From Myxococcota bacterium (GTDB taxonomy: Bacteria; Myxococcota_A; SURF-8), in assembly GCA_965140415.1 (NCBI GenBank), contig OZ223209.1, positions 4,096,001 to 4,160,000 of the forward strand: 64,000 bases of DNA, written 5' to 3'. This document shows, piece after piece, positions 8,918 through 18,700 of the stretch. The position numbers and the translations under genes were made by a program. Position 1 is the stretch's first letter. The number at the start of each line of letters is the position of its first letter. The notes under the pieces are model-generated. The model saw nothing but the letters and a program-made list of their open reading frames with translations, did not search any database and was not told the DNA's origin.

Positions 8918-10894
8918 ATGCGAATGTGGATAGTGCTTTGGATGGGGCTTGCCGTTTGCGTTTTGGCTGGATGTTCCGACTCGGTGGTGACCTCTATGGA
9001 ACCGTTGGATGGCGATGCCGACAGCGATCAAACCGACGCTTCGGATGGCGACCACGATGGCATGGACGAACCCTTACTGGATGGCGATGAAGTTGTCGAT
9101 GGCGATGCTGATGGTGATGGTGTTGATGACCCGGATGGGGATGGTGAACTGGATGCGGAACAAGACTTCGACCCGGCGGATGGCGATACGGATAGCGATG
9201 CCGACGAAACGGATGACCAGCCCGTGTGCGAACCCAATGCCAGCTGGTGCGAGGAGACCGTTCTCCACGTCTGCAATGAGGATGGAACGGATGAATACAT
9301 CCCGACCGACTGCGGCCCCATCGGCTGCGAGGATGGCGCGTGTGTCGAGGAAAACGCGCTGGATCTGCGCGAGTATGGATCCTACGCCATGCTGAGCGAC
9401 AAACGGCTGACGTATGGGAAAACGGAGGCAAGCATCGAGATGTGGTTCGTGTCTGAATCCTTGCATCCCAGCACCATTTTGTATGCGGAAGGCGGCGTGA
9501 TTGCAATCAGGCTGTGGCAGGATGGACACATTTCCTACCAGGAGAAGCGCTCCGATATTGGCTGGACCTATGTGGATACGGCTCCCAATCCGTTTACCTT
9601 GACCGAGTGGCATCATCTTGCGGTCGTACGCGCGGGAGATCGGCTTTCCATTTTTCTCGATGGAATCAAGATACTCGAAGGCAACGGGCCACCATCCGAT
9701 AGTGGACTCGTTAGCGGTTCGGAGAACACGGTGGCCGGAGGATTTCTGAGTACGGAACACTACTGCTTTGCCGTGGTTGATGAACTCCGCATCTCCAACA
9801 GCGTCCGCTATGCCGAAGACTTCGAGCCCGCGTATCGGCATGAACCGGACGAGCAGACCATCGGCCTCTGGCACTTCGATGAAGGCGAAGGCAGCGTCGT
9901 TCACGATGCGAGCCCAAACGGCCACGATGGTTCGTTGCATGGCGATGCAACCTGGACAACGGATGCCGTCTGGCGCAACTGGCACTGCATTCCGCAGTGG
10001 GGACAGTGTCTGCCGGATTCGACGGATCGCAAAATCTGCCGGGAAGACGGGCTGGGCTGGGGCGAACCCACTGACTGCGGCCCCATTGGCTGCGAGGATC
10101 GTCATTGCATTGAAGAACATGCGCTGAGCTTCAACAACTCAGACGATGGCATTCAGGTTGCGGACCGATTCCTGATTCGGCGCGAAACCGAGGCCACCAT
10201 CGAAATGTGGGTCTGGTTGGAGGAACGAGAGACGACTGCAGACTTCGAGGGACATAACTTGTACATGGAAGGCGATCCGAGTCGATTGGTTTTGGCGGTG
10301 AATAACAATGGCAGGATTCATTTCTCGGAACACGACCCTGATGCCGGCTGGAACAATTTTCCAACTGTCGAAGGCGTTTTCCCTTTCGAGACCTGGGCCC
10401 ATCTCGCTGTTACGAAGAACGCGGCTCAGCGAATTCTCTTTGTGAACGGCGAGCAGGTGGCGGCCAGTCCGGCAGATACGGTGCCTTTCGATTACGTGCC
10501 GGAAGAGGCCTCTATTCTGGGCCGAAAGATGTATGGCCAGATCGACGAGCTACGCCTGTCGGATACGGTGCGCTACACGGAAGACTTCACGCCGGTCTTT
10601 CGTCATCAAGGCGAACGGTTCGATACCCCGCAGGACGAACACACCATCGGCCTCTGGCATTTCGACGCCAACGGCTGGGATGTCAGCGCCAATCGGTACG
10701 ATCTTGACGAGGATGCCTGCACATTCACCGACGAGGCCGTCTGGCGCAATTGGACCTGCGTCCCCGAATGGACAACCTGCGCGACGGAACAGGCCGTGCA
10801 GCGCTGCAACGCGAACGGTCGCTGGATGGAAGAGGAGTTGTGTACCGGCGGCACTTGCGAGACAATCAACAGCAGTAAGGCTGTCTGCCAATAG
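8918..10894 (+). CDS. Lipoprotein with DGD acidic linker and two LamG-like (concanavalin) domains separated by Cys-rich modules
   Basis: Lipobox LAGC; duplicated motifs SIEMW/TIEMW, WHHLAV/WAHLAV, DELRIS/DELRLS, TIGLWHFD, AVWRNW, PTDCGPIGCED. Confidence 0.8.
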   Translation: MRMWIVLWMGLAVCVLAGCSDSVVTSMEPLDGDADSDQTDASDGDHDGMDEPLLDGDEVVDGDADGDGVDDPDGDGELDAEQDFDPADGDTDSDADETDDQPVCEPNASWCEETVLHVCNEDGTDEYIPTDCGPIGCEDGACVEENALDLREYGSYAMLSDKRLTYGKTEASIEMWFVSESLHPSTILYAEGGVIAIRLWQDGHISYQEKRSDIGWTYVDTAPNPFTLTEWHHLAVVRAGDRLSIFLDGIKILEGNGPPSDSGLVSGSENTVAGGFLSTEHYCFAVVDELRISNSVRYAEDFEPAYRHEPDEQTIGLWHFDEGEGSVVHDASPNGHDGSLHGDATWTTDAVWRNWHCIPQWGQCLPDSTDRKICREDGLGWGEPTDCGPIGCEDRHCIEEHALSFNNSDDGIQVADRFLIRRETEATIEMWVWLEERETTADFEGHNLYMEGDPSRLVLAVNNNGRIHFSEHDPDAGWNNFPTVEGVFPFETWAHLAVTKNAAQRILFVNGEQVAASPADTVPFDYVPEEASILGRKMYGQIDELRLSDTVRYTEDFTPVFRHQGERFDTPQDEHTIGLWHFDANGWDVSANRYDLDEDACTFTDEAVWRNWTCVPEWTTCATEQAVQRCNANGRWMEEELCTGGTCETINSSKAVCQ

Positions 10895-10900
10895 GGACAC

Positions 10901-10943
10901 AAGGCTTCTCGCCGTTTCGGACAATGGAGGGGCGGGAGGCCTT
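10901..10943. terminator. Stem-loop downstream of the LamG lipoprotein, possible terminator
   Basis: AAGGCTTCTCGCC..GGCGGGAGGCCTT imperfect inverted repeat 7 bp after the stop codon. Confidence 0.45.
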
Positions 10944-11245
10944 TCTCCCGAAATCATTTTCCACCGCCATCAGGTGGATCCAACAAAAATCTACCCAAAT
11001 TGATATCGGCCACTGTCCCTCACTTCCGGGTCCTCTTCGAAATCGTCATAGCCCTTCGAGCATACGAGGGCTAAAAGAAGAAGCGTGTGCTCCTTCTTCG
11101 TCGCCGCGCGCGACAGGTGGGATGGATGGTGGGATCGAACGGTAGGTTTATCGAAGCCGCTTGGATCGGATATGATTGACGATGGCGTCAAAGGCCAGAC
11201 CGGCCAGCAGAGCCGTGTTCTGAATGATGATGGCGCGCAGGAATT

Positions 11246-11506
11246 TCACGGTGCCTCCTTGTCGGTGGGTGTGATGGTAATCTCGCTGGAGCTGTGATCA
11301 TCGTCGCTGTGATGGCTGTCCAGCGTCGTACCGACTGCGCCACCCAAGGCTCCACCGATGGCCGAGCCGATCTTTCCGAAGATAGACGCGCCGATGGCAG
11401 CGGCAATGCCCGCGCCCAGCGCTGTGAACTTGTTTCGATGCACGACTTCGCCGATCCGGTTCTTGACGTGATCGATGTCGTTGGTAATACGTTGCAGGTC
11501 ACTCAT
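11246..11506 (-). CDS. Small glycine-zipper membrane protein
   Basis: GAGIAAAIGASIFGKIGSAIGGALGGAVG; AGGAG RBS; directly downstream of ThiF. Confidence 0.65.
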   Translation of the reverse strand: MSDLQRITNDIDHVKNRIGEVVHRNKFTALGAGIAAAIGASIFGKIGSAIGGALGGAVGTTLDSHHSDDDHSSSEITITPTDKEAP

Positions 11507-11543
11507 TTGTTCTCCTTTTCTTTAGTTACGATACTGTGTGGCA

Positions 11544-12266
11544 CTACTCGACAATCAAGCCGAAAGCCGAACAGTCCACCGCGATCTTGCGCGGGAGTGA
11601 CTGCCCCAGCGCGTGCTTCTTCACCAGGATGGCCACCAGCGCGCCGGTGAGCATACTGTTGTAAATCACCGCCCGCGCCGTGCAAGGCAGTTGCATCGAC
11701 TCTTCCGCCGGATGCAGGGTCTCCTCGTAGACCTGCGCGCCCATCAGGTCGCCGTGGGATTTGGCGGTGTAGATCACGATGTACTCGCCGCCCTGGCGCG
11801 GGTCGATGACTGTGATGGGCCGGGCGCGGCTACCCTGGGCTTTGGCCTGTTCCCAGATCGTCCGGCGCGCGTCCATGTTGTCCACGCAGGAGATGACCAG
11901 ACGCTTGGATTCGTCGCGGCCAAGGAGTTGATCGCTGTAGTGCTCACGGAACTGACCGGGCAGCAGGCCGGTGACGCGGTAGACCTCAACGCCCAGCGCC
12001 ACGGCCTTGGGCTGGCCCAGATACTCTGCGCCGAACAATTGATTGGGCTGGTTGTGCGGCTCGACCGTGTCGTCGTCGTAGATGTTGATGTCCGTGCAGC
12101 CCATCTTGGCAAGCGCCAGCGCTGTATAGCTGCCAGATGCTCCAGCGCCGATGATGGTGATGGGGAAGTCCAGCTTGTCGGGATGGATGATGTCGAGCTG
12201 GCGGTGGAATAGGTTGTCGAGGGTCGTGCGGTCCATGTCGTTTCGATCCATTGGAGTTCCTTTCAT
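11544..12266 (-). CDS. ThiF/E1-like adenylyltransferase
   Basis: FHRQLDII, IIGAGASGS, DDDTVEPHNQPNQLF, PKAVAL, VISCVDNMDAR, IDPR, LPC; ATGA overlap with the upstream gene. Confidence 0.88.
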   Translation of the reverse strand: MKGTPMDRNDMDRTTLDNLFHRQLDIIHPDKLDFPITIIGAGASGSYTALALAKMGCTDINIYDDDTVEPHNQPNQLFGAEYLGQPKAVALGVEVYRVTGLLPGQFREHYSDQLLGRDESKRLVISCVDNMDARRTIWEQAKAQGSRARPITVIDPRQGGEYIVIYTAKSHGDLMGAQVYEETLHPAEESMQLPCTARAVIYNSMLTGALVAILVKKHALGQSLPRKIAVDCSAFGLIVE

Positions 12267-12607
12267 TGTTGGTTGCGCGTAATCTCCTGAATCTGGGAGA
12301 GCGGCGTGGGGGTGAAATGGATGTCGCGCTCAATGGCTTGCAGACCGGGAATGCACTGGCCATTGATGCGGGCTTCCAGGGATTCGAGTTCGGAGAGGCT
12401 GAAGTATCCGAGTTCCCCGCAGCCGGGGAGGATCTCGGCCCAGCCGAAGAATGTATCTTCACCGTCGAACTCCGTGGCGATCCACGTCCCGGCACCATAT
12501 GGATGAAAGTAGCGAACGTAGGCGATGGCCTCCATGCCCTTGCCATCCTGGGCGTACAGGGGCGGGATCGTCTTTCGGATGGACTGGGGAAGTAGTTTTT
12601 GTTTCAT
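12263..12607 (-). CDS. DUF2958-family protein (mobile-element backbone)
   Basis: IPPLYAQD, VRYFHPYGAGTWIATE, ELGYFSLSELES, IERDIHF; GGAGG RBS. Confidence 0.8.
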   Translation of the reverse strand: MKQKLLPQSIRKTIPPLYAQDGKGMEAIAYVRYFHPYGAGTWIATEFDGEDTFFGWAEILPGCGELGYFSLSELESLEARINGQCIPGLQAIERDIHFTPTPLSQIQEITRNQQ

Positions 12608-12709
12608 GGGTTACCTCCTTGTTTGGTGGAAAATGGGCGCACTTGACCTGGCCATTGAGAGTAGATGGATGGTAAGTGGCTGGAATGTAAGGAAATTCAG
12701 GCTAGAATG
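12600..12709 (-). promoter_or_regulatory. Conserved leader/promoter of the DUF2958-ThiF operon; second diverged copy at 54275-54390
   Basis: Shared blocks TGTTTCATG, ACCTCCT, GGTGGAAAA(T)TGGGCGCACTTG, ATGGATG and GGAAA.TC.GGCTAGAATG occur in both copies. Confidence 0.65.
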
Positions 12710-12930
12710 GTCAGCCTGCTATTTGTCTTATGTCATTTTCCATTTGGAATTTGCCAAACAATCAATTTCCGATTTTCATTGTAAAGTCAGTCAGATAGAG
12801 TATGCTAAGAGTAGGATGTAATCGATAGTTTCGCTGTAGCTTGAGCTTTTGTTTACGGGTCGTAAATAATAGCAGTCGGCGATGTTGGCCAGGAGCGTTT
12901 AGCACCGCTCCGCAAAGGACAGGTGCGCAA

Positions 12931-15705
12931 ATGGCCAGAAAGAATAAGACGGTTCGGAAAAGCGTAAAGACGAAAAAGTCGAAAGACGCTTCCACAGCCA
13001 ATACGAAGACAGAACGATCTTCCAAAACAGCACTCCTTAAAGCCCCTAAAGACAAACCTGAAAGCTCACGCAGGAACACCTCCAAAACTTCCCGTTCAAA
13101 AGCGTCCGCCCTTCGCACCAAAGAAAACAATAACACCCACGGCGATTCCCACTCCTTCCCTATCGTCGGCATTGGCGCATCGGCCGGAGGATTGGAGGCC
13201 CTGGAGCAGTTTTTGGGCGGCGTGCCGAAAGATTGTGGGATGGCCTTCGTCATCGTGCAGCATCTGGATCCCGACCACAAGGGCATCATGCCCGAACTTT
13301 TGCAGCGCATCACGAAAATGAAGGTGCGCCAAGTCAAGGACCGCATGCCGGTGGAGCCGGATTGTGTGTACGTCATCCCGCCAAACAAGGATCTGTCCAT
13401 TCTGCACAGTACTCTATATTTGCTGGAGCCTACGGCCCGGCGCGGCCTGCGACTGCCGATCGATTTCTTTCTGCGCTCGCTGGCGGACGACCAGCATGGC
13501 AACAGCATCGGGGTGATCCTTTCCGGCATGGGCTCGGACGGCACCCTTGGTTTGCGGGCCATCAAGGAAAAGGCCGGACTGGCGCTTGCGCAGGAGCCGG
13601 GATCGGCCAAGTTCGACGGCATGCCGCACAGCGCGATCGAAGCCGGACTGGCCGATATTGTTGCTCCGGCCAACGAACTGCCGGGCAAGATCGTTGCCTA
13701 TCTGAAACACGCGCCATTGGTGAAAACCGGAGCGGCGACGGTCGTGGACGACAAGACCCGGAGCTCGCTGGACAAGGTCGTGATCCTGCTGCGGTCGCGG
13801 ACAGGCAACGATTTCTCGCTCTACAAGAAAAGTACGCTGTATCGCCGCATCGAGCGGCGCATGAGCATCCACCAGATCGGCAAAATCAACTTGTACGTCC
13901 GCTATCTCCGAGAAAACCCGAATGAACTGGATCTGCTGTTCAAGGAACTGCTGATCGGCGTGACGAATTTCTTCCGCGATGCGGATGTCTGGGAGAAGCT
14001 GAGAACGGAGATCATTCCGGCGCTCTTGAAAAACCGGCGCGCCGGACAGGCGCTTCGGGCCTGGGCGCCCGGCTGCTCGACGGGAGAGGAAGCCTACTCG
14101 CTGGCCATTGTGTTCAAGGAGGCGCTGGAAACACTCAAGGTTAAAAACGGCTTTTCCTTGCAGGTTTTCGCTACCGACCTGGACCCGGACGCCATCGACA
14201 GGGCCCGGGCGGGCGTTTTTCCCGTTAACATCACTGCCGACGTCTCGCCGGAACGGTTGGACCGCTTTTTCACGAAAGAAGAAGGTCGGTATCGGGTAAG
14301 CAAAGAGATCCGCGAAATGGTGATCTTCGCCCCGCAGAACGTGATCATGGACCCACCCTTCACCAAACTGGATATCCTCACCTGCCGCAACCTGCTGATC
14401 TATCTGAGCGCGGAGCTTCAGAAAAAGCTGTTGCCGCTGTTTCACTACAGCCTGAATCCCGGCGGCGTGCTGTTGCTTGGAAGTGCGGAGACCATCGGAA
14501 ACTTCACGGATCAGTTTGCGCCGCTGGATAGCCGGCTGAAGTTGTACCAGAGACGTGAAAGCGCACTGTCCGTCACGCCCATTGAATTCCCATCCATCTT
14601 TGCCGCTAAGCCGAAAACCGCAACGGAGAACGTCGCCATGAAGAAAACACCCTCCAATCTGGAGTCCCTGGCCGAACAGCTCATCCTGCAACGCTATTCT
14701 CCGGCCGCCGTGCTGGCGAACGCTCAGGGCGACATTCTGTACATCAGCACCCGGACGGGAAAATACCTGGAACCGGCCGTAGGCAAGGCCAACCTGAACA
14801 TCTTCGCCATGGCGCGTGAAGGTCTGCACCACGAGTTGTCCGGAGCCTTTGCCAAAGCACTCCGGCAAAAAGCAGAGGTCACGATCAGAAACCTGAAAGT
14901 GGGAACGAACGGCGGAACGCAGGCGGTGGATCTGACCATCCAGCCGCTTTCGTCGCCGGAGGCGTTGAACGGGATGGTATTGATTATTTTCTCTGACGTC
15001 GCATCGCTTCCGCAGCAGAAAAAGTCAGGGCACGCCAAATCTAAGCCGGTCGATGCCTCGCGGGTTGCGGAACTGGAGGAGGAGACGCAACGGCTGCGCG
15101 AGGAGTTGCACAGCACGCGCGAGGAGATGCAGAGCTCGCACGAAGAATTGAAATCGGCCAACGAGGAGCTGCAATCGACGAATGAGGAATTGCAGTCCAC
15201 CAACGAAGAATTGACCACCTCCAAAGAAGAGATGCAGTCGCTCAATGAAGAGTTGCAGACGGTCAACGCCGAATTGCAATCGAAGCTGGACGACCTTTCG
15301 CGGTCCAACAACGACATGACCAACCTGCTCAACAGCACGGAAATCGCCACGGTCTTTTTGGATGGCAAACTGAATGTACGGCGCTTCACCGAACCGGCGA
15401 CCAAAATCATCAAGCTGATTCCGGGCGATGTGGGGCGTCCGTTGAGCGATCTTGTCACTGACCTGAACTACACGGATTTGTCGGACGATGCTCACGAGGT
15501 GTTACGGACCCTTGTGTTTTCGGAAAAACAAGTCGCCACCAGCGACGGGCGCTGGTTTACGGTGCGCATCATGCCGTACCGCACGACGGAAAACGTCATC
15601 GACGGGCTGGTCATCACTTTCCTTGATATCAGCGCGGCGAAAGAACTTGAGACCAGACTGCGGCTGAAATCCTCACCAGGAACGGCGAAAGGGTCCAACG
15701 AATGA
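12931..15705 (+). CDS. CheB methylesterase / CheR methyltransferase fusion with coiled coil and PAS
   Basis: GIGASAGG, VQHL, GMGSDG (CheB); GVTNFFRD, GCSTGEEAYS, CRNLLIY (CheR); NEELQS repeats; C-terminal PAS. Confidence 0.93.
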   Translation: MARKNKTVRKSVKTKKSKDASTANTKTERSSKTALLKAPKDKPESSRRNTSKTSRSKASALRTKENNNTHGDSHSFPIVGIGASAGGLEALEQFLGGVPKDCGMAFVIVQHLDPDHKGIMPELLQRITKMKVRQVKDRMPVEPDCVYVIPPNKDLSILHSTLYLLEPTARRGLRLPIDFFLRSLADDQHGNSIGVILSGMGSDGTLGLRAIKEKAGLALAQEPGSAKFDGMPHSAIEAGLADIVAPANELPGKIVAYLKHAPLVKTGAATVVDDKTRSSLDKVVILLRSRTGNDFSLYKKSTLYRRIERRMSIHQIGKINLYVRYLRENPNELDLLFKELLIGVTNFFRDADVWEKLRTEIIPALLKNRRAGQALRAWAPGCSTGEEAYSLAIVFKEALETLKVKNGFSLQVFATDLDPDAIDRARAGVFPVNITADVSPERLDRFFTKEEGRYRVSKEIREMVIFAPQNVIMDPPFTKLDILTCRNLLIYLSAELQKKLLPLFHYSLNPGGVLLLGSAETIGNFTDQFAPLDSRLKLYQRRESALSVTPIEFPSIFAAKPKTATENVAMKKTPSNLESLAEQLILQRYSPAAVLANAQGDILYISTRTGKYLEPAVGKANLNIFAMAREGLHHELSGAFAKALRQKAEVTIRNLKVGTNGGTQAVDLTIQPLSSPEALNGMVLIIFSDVASLPQQKKSGHAKSKPVDASRVAELEEETQRLREELHSTREEMQSSHEELKSANEELQSTNEELQSTNEELTTSKEEMQSLNEELQTVNAELQSKLDDLSRSNNDMTNLLNSTEIATVFLDGKLNVRRFTEPATKIIKLIPGDVGRPLSDLVTDLNYTDLSDDAHEVLRTLVFSEKQVATSDGRWFTVRIMPYRTTENVIDGLVITFLDISAAKELETRLRLKSSPGTAKGSNE

Positions 15706-18700
15706 GCGACAAGAAAAAAGCTCCATCGGACCCTGCCGAACTTCGCCGCCGGGCGGTAGAGAAACTAAGCGAAAAGACAAGCGCCTCGACCCCATCGGAA
15801 GAAGCGGATGTCCGTAAGCTCCTCCATGAATTGCAGGTCCATCAGATCGAACTGGAGATGCAGAACGAGGAGCTTCATACGGCTCAACTTGAACTGGAAA
15901 CGTCCCGCGACCGCTATGCCGATCTCTACGATTTTGCGCCGGTGGGTTATTGCACGATCAATGCAGAGGGAATCATCCTGGAAGCCAATCTTACCGCCGC
16001 GACCATGCTGGGTGTGGTACGAAGCCAATTGGTCGGAAAACCGATCACTCGTTTCATCTTCAAGGACGAACAGGACATCTATTACCTTCACCGGAAAGAT
16101 CTGTTGGAAACCGGTGAACCGCATTCGAGCGAACTGCGGATGATAAAAAGCGATGGATCTGAATTCTGGGTAAACTTATCGGCCAGCGCTGAGCAGGACC
16201 CTGATGGCGTTGCCGGATGCCGCGTTGTAATGAGCGACATCACCAAACGCAAGCAGGCGGAAGAATTATTTCAAGTGCAATCGAAATTTCTGGAAACGCT
16301 GCTGGATAGCATACCCAGCCCGGTTTTTTATAAGGACATTGACGGGCGTTACCTCGGCTGCAACCGATCCTTTGAAGCCATTGTTGGAAGAAAACGGCAG
16401 GAAATCGTTGGTAAGACCGTGTACGAGGCCTGGCCGGATCGTTATGCCGATACTTACAGAGAAAAAGATCTGGAGTTGATAGAAAACCCGGGAAAGCAAC
16501 AGTACGAATCTCAGCTTCTCTCCGCCAACGGCGAGGAACGGGACACCATATTTTACAAATCCACTTTCGCCAATCTGGACGGTTCAGTGGGCGGGATCGT
16601 CGGGGTAATGCTGGATATCACCGAACGAAAACGGGCCGAGACGGAGGTGGCTAGGAGCGAGAAAAAATACAGGACATTGCTGGAGGCTGCATTTGACCTG
16701 ATCTATGTCATCGGTCGAGACGATACGGTTCTGTACGTCAACCCGGCTGGCTCTAAATTGCTGGGGAAACCGCCCGAAGAGATAATCAGCAAGCCGCGTG
16801 CGTCGTTTTTCCCGCCGGAGGTCGCCGCCAATCAGAAAATAGCGCTCGATCGGGTGTTCGCCAGTGGCGAGCCTTTTTACCGGGAACAGGAAAACCTTCA
16901 AAATGAGCATGTCCAGTGGCAGGAAACCCAGCTGATCCCTCTCAAAATTTCGGATGGGAGCGTGGAAAGCGTGCTTGGTATTTCACGGGACATCTCGGAG
17001 CGCAAGCAGGCTGAAGAACAATTCAGAACCATCTTCACTATGTCCCTGGACTTGATCTGCATCGCCAGCATCGAAACCAGTACATTCACCAAGATCAATC
17101 CTGCGTTTTCTCGATTGCTCGGCTACACGGAAGCCGAATTACTTGGAAAGCCGTTCTTGGAATTTATCCACCCGGATGATGTGGAGCCGACCCAAAGAGT
17201 TGTAGAAGAGCAACTCAGGGCCGGGAAAACCGTTTTACATTTCGAAAACCGCTATCGTACCGCCGGGGGAGATTATTGCTGGCTGGATTGGAACTCGCAC
17301 CCGAATGCAGAAAATGGCGTTACCTTCGCCATTGCTCGCAATATCACCGATAAAAAACGATCAGAGGAGCTTATCAAGCAATATCGACGCGAACTTGAAC
17401 TTACACTCGAAGCCACCACCGATGGCATCTGGAAGTGGAATTTCATCAATGACGAGTTGGAATTCAGCCCCCAGTATTACACCATGCTCGGCTATGAGCA
17501 GAATGAATTCCCGGCTGATTTCGAAAACTGGAAGGCGCTGATTCATCCGGACGATCTGAATGAAACACTAAGGGGCGCAGCGGAATATCTCAAAACTAAA
17601 GCCGATGTATATGATAATGAATTTCGAATGCGGACCAAATGTGGAGATTACCGTTGGATTCTGGCTCATGCCAAAGTTGTGGAGCGGGATAAAAACGGTG
17701 AAGCTGTCCGTATGATCGGGAATCATCAGGATGTAACCGAACGCAAACAGGCAGAGGAGGAGCTTAAAGCCGCAGAAGCACGGACAAGAAGCATTTTGAG
17801 TTCTATCGCGGATACTTTTTATTCTCTTGATAAGGAATGGCGGTTTGTTGCAGTCAACCCCGCCGCTGAAAAGGCTCCATTCGGGCGGCCGGCATCGGAA
17901 CTGCTCGGAAAAGTCATCTGGGATCTATACCCCGGTTTGGTCGACACTCCCATCCACCGGCGCTACCTTGACGCCAAAAACAATTCTTCCCTGGAGCATT
18001 ATGAGGCTCAATCTCCTTTGGACGGTCACTGGTATGAAGTATTCATGCAGGGATGGTCTGGCGGGGTTGACGTCTATATGCGCGACATCACCGAAAGGCG
18101 GCAATTTGAGGAATCATTGAGTGAAAGCCAACGGAGGCTGGACTTGGCTATCCGATCAATTGGAGCCGGAGTGTGGGATTGGGATGTGCTGAATAATCGC
18201 ATGATTTGGGATGAACGCATGCTGGAACTGTATGGCCTTCAGCCGGAAGCGTTTCCCGGAGGAGTCAAGGCATGGGAAAATGGACTCCACCCCGAAGATC
18301 GTGCTCGCGCCATCGCTGAATGTGAAAGCGCCTTGCGCGGAGAAAAGCCATTCAATACGGATTTTCGCATCAAAACCCCTGCCGGGGAGATACGGCATAT
18401 TAAAGCGGATGGAGCTGTTCTGCGTGATCAAGAAGGAACGGCTGTTCGTATGATTGGACTCAACCATGACATCACCGAGCGCAGACGAGCCGAAGAAGAG
18501 CGCAGCAGACTGGAAGACCAACTCCAGCAGGCCATGAAAATGGAAGCCGTGGGCCGCCTTGCGGGTGGCGTAGCCCATGACTTCAACAACCTGCTCACCA
18601 GCATCACTGGCAACGTTCAATTATCCCTGATGGATTTGAGTCCCGACGATCCGCTGGAAGGCGCACTGACCGAGATCGCCCAGGCGGCGGATAGCGCAGC

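Noticed and set aside
13414-14868. 484-aa minus-strand ORF
   Set aside because: Antisense shadow of CheB/CheR.
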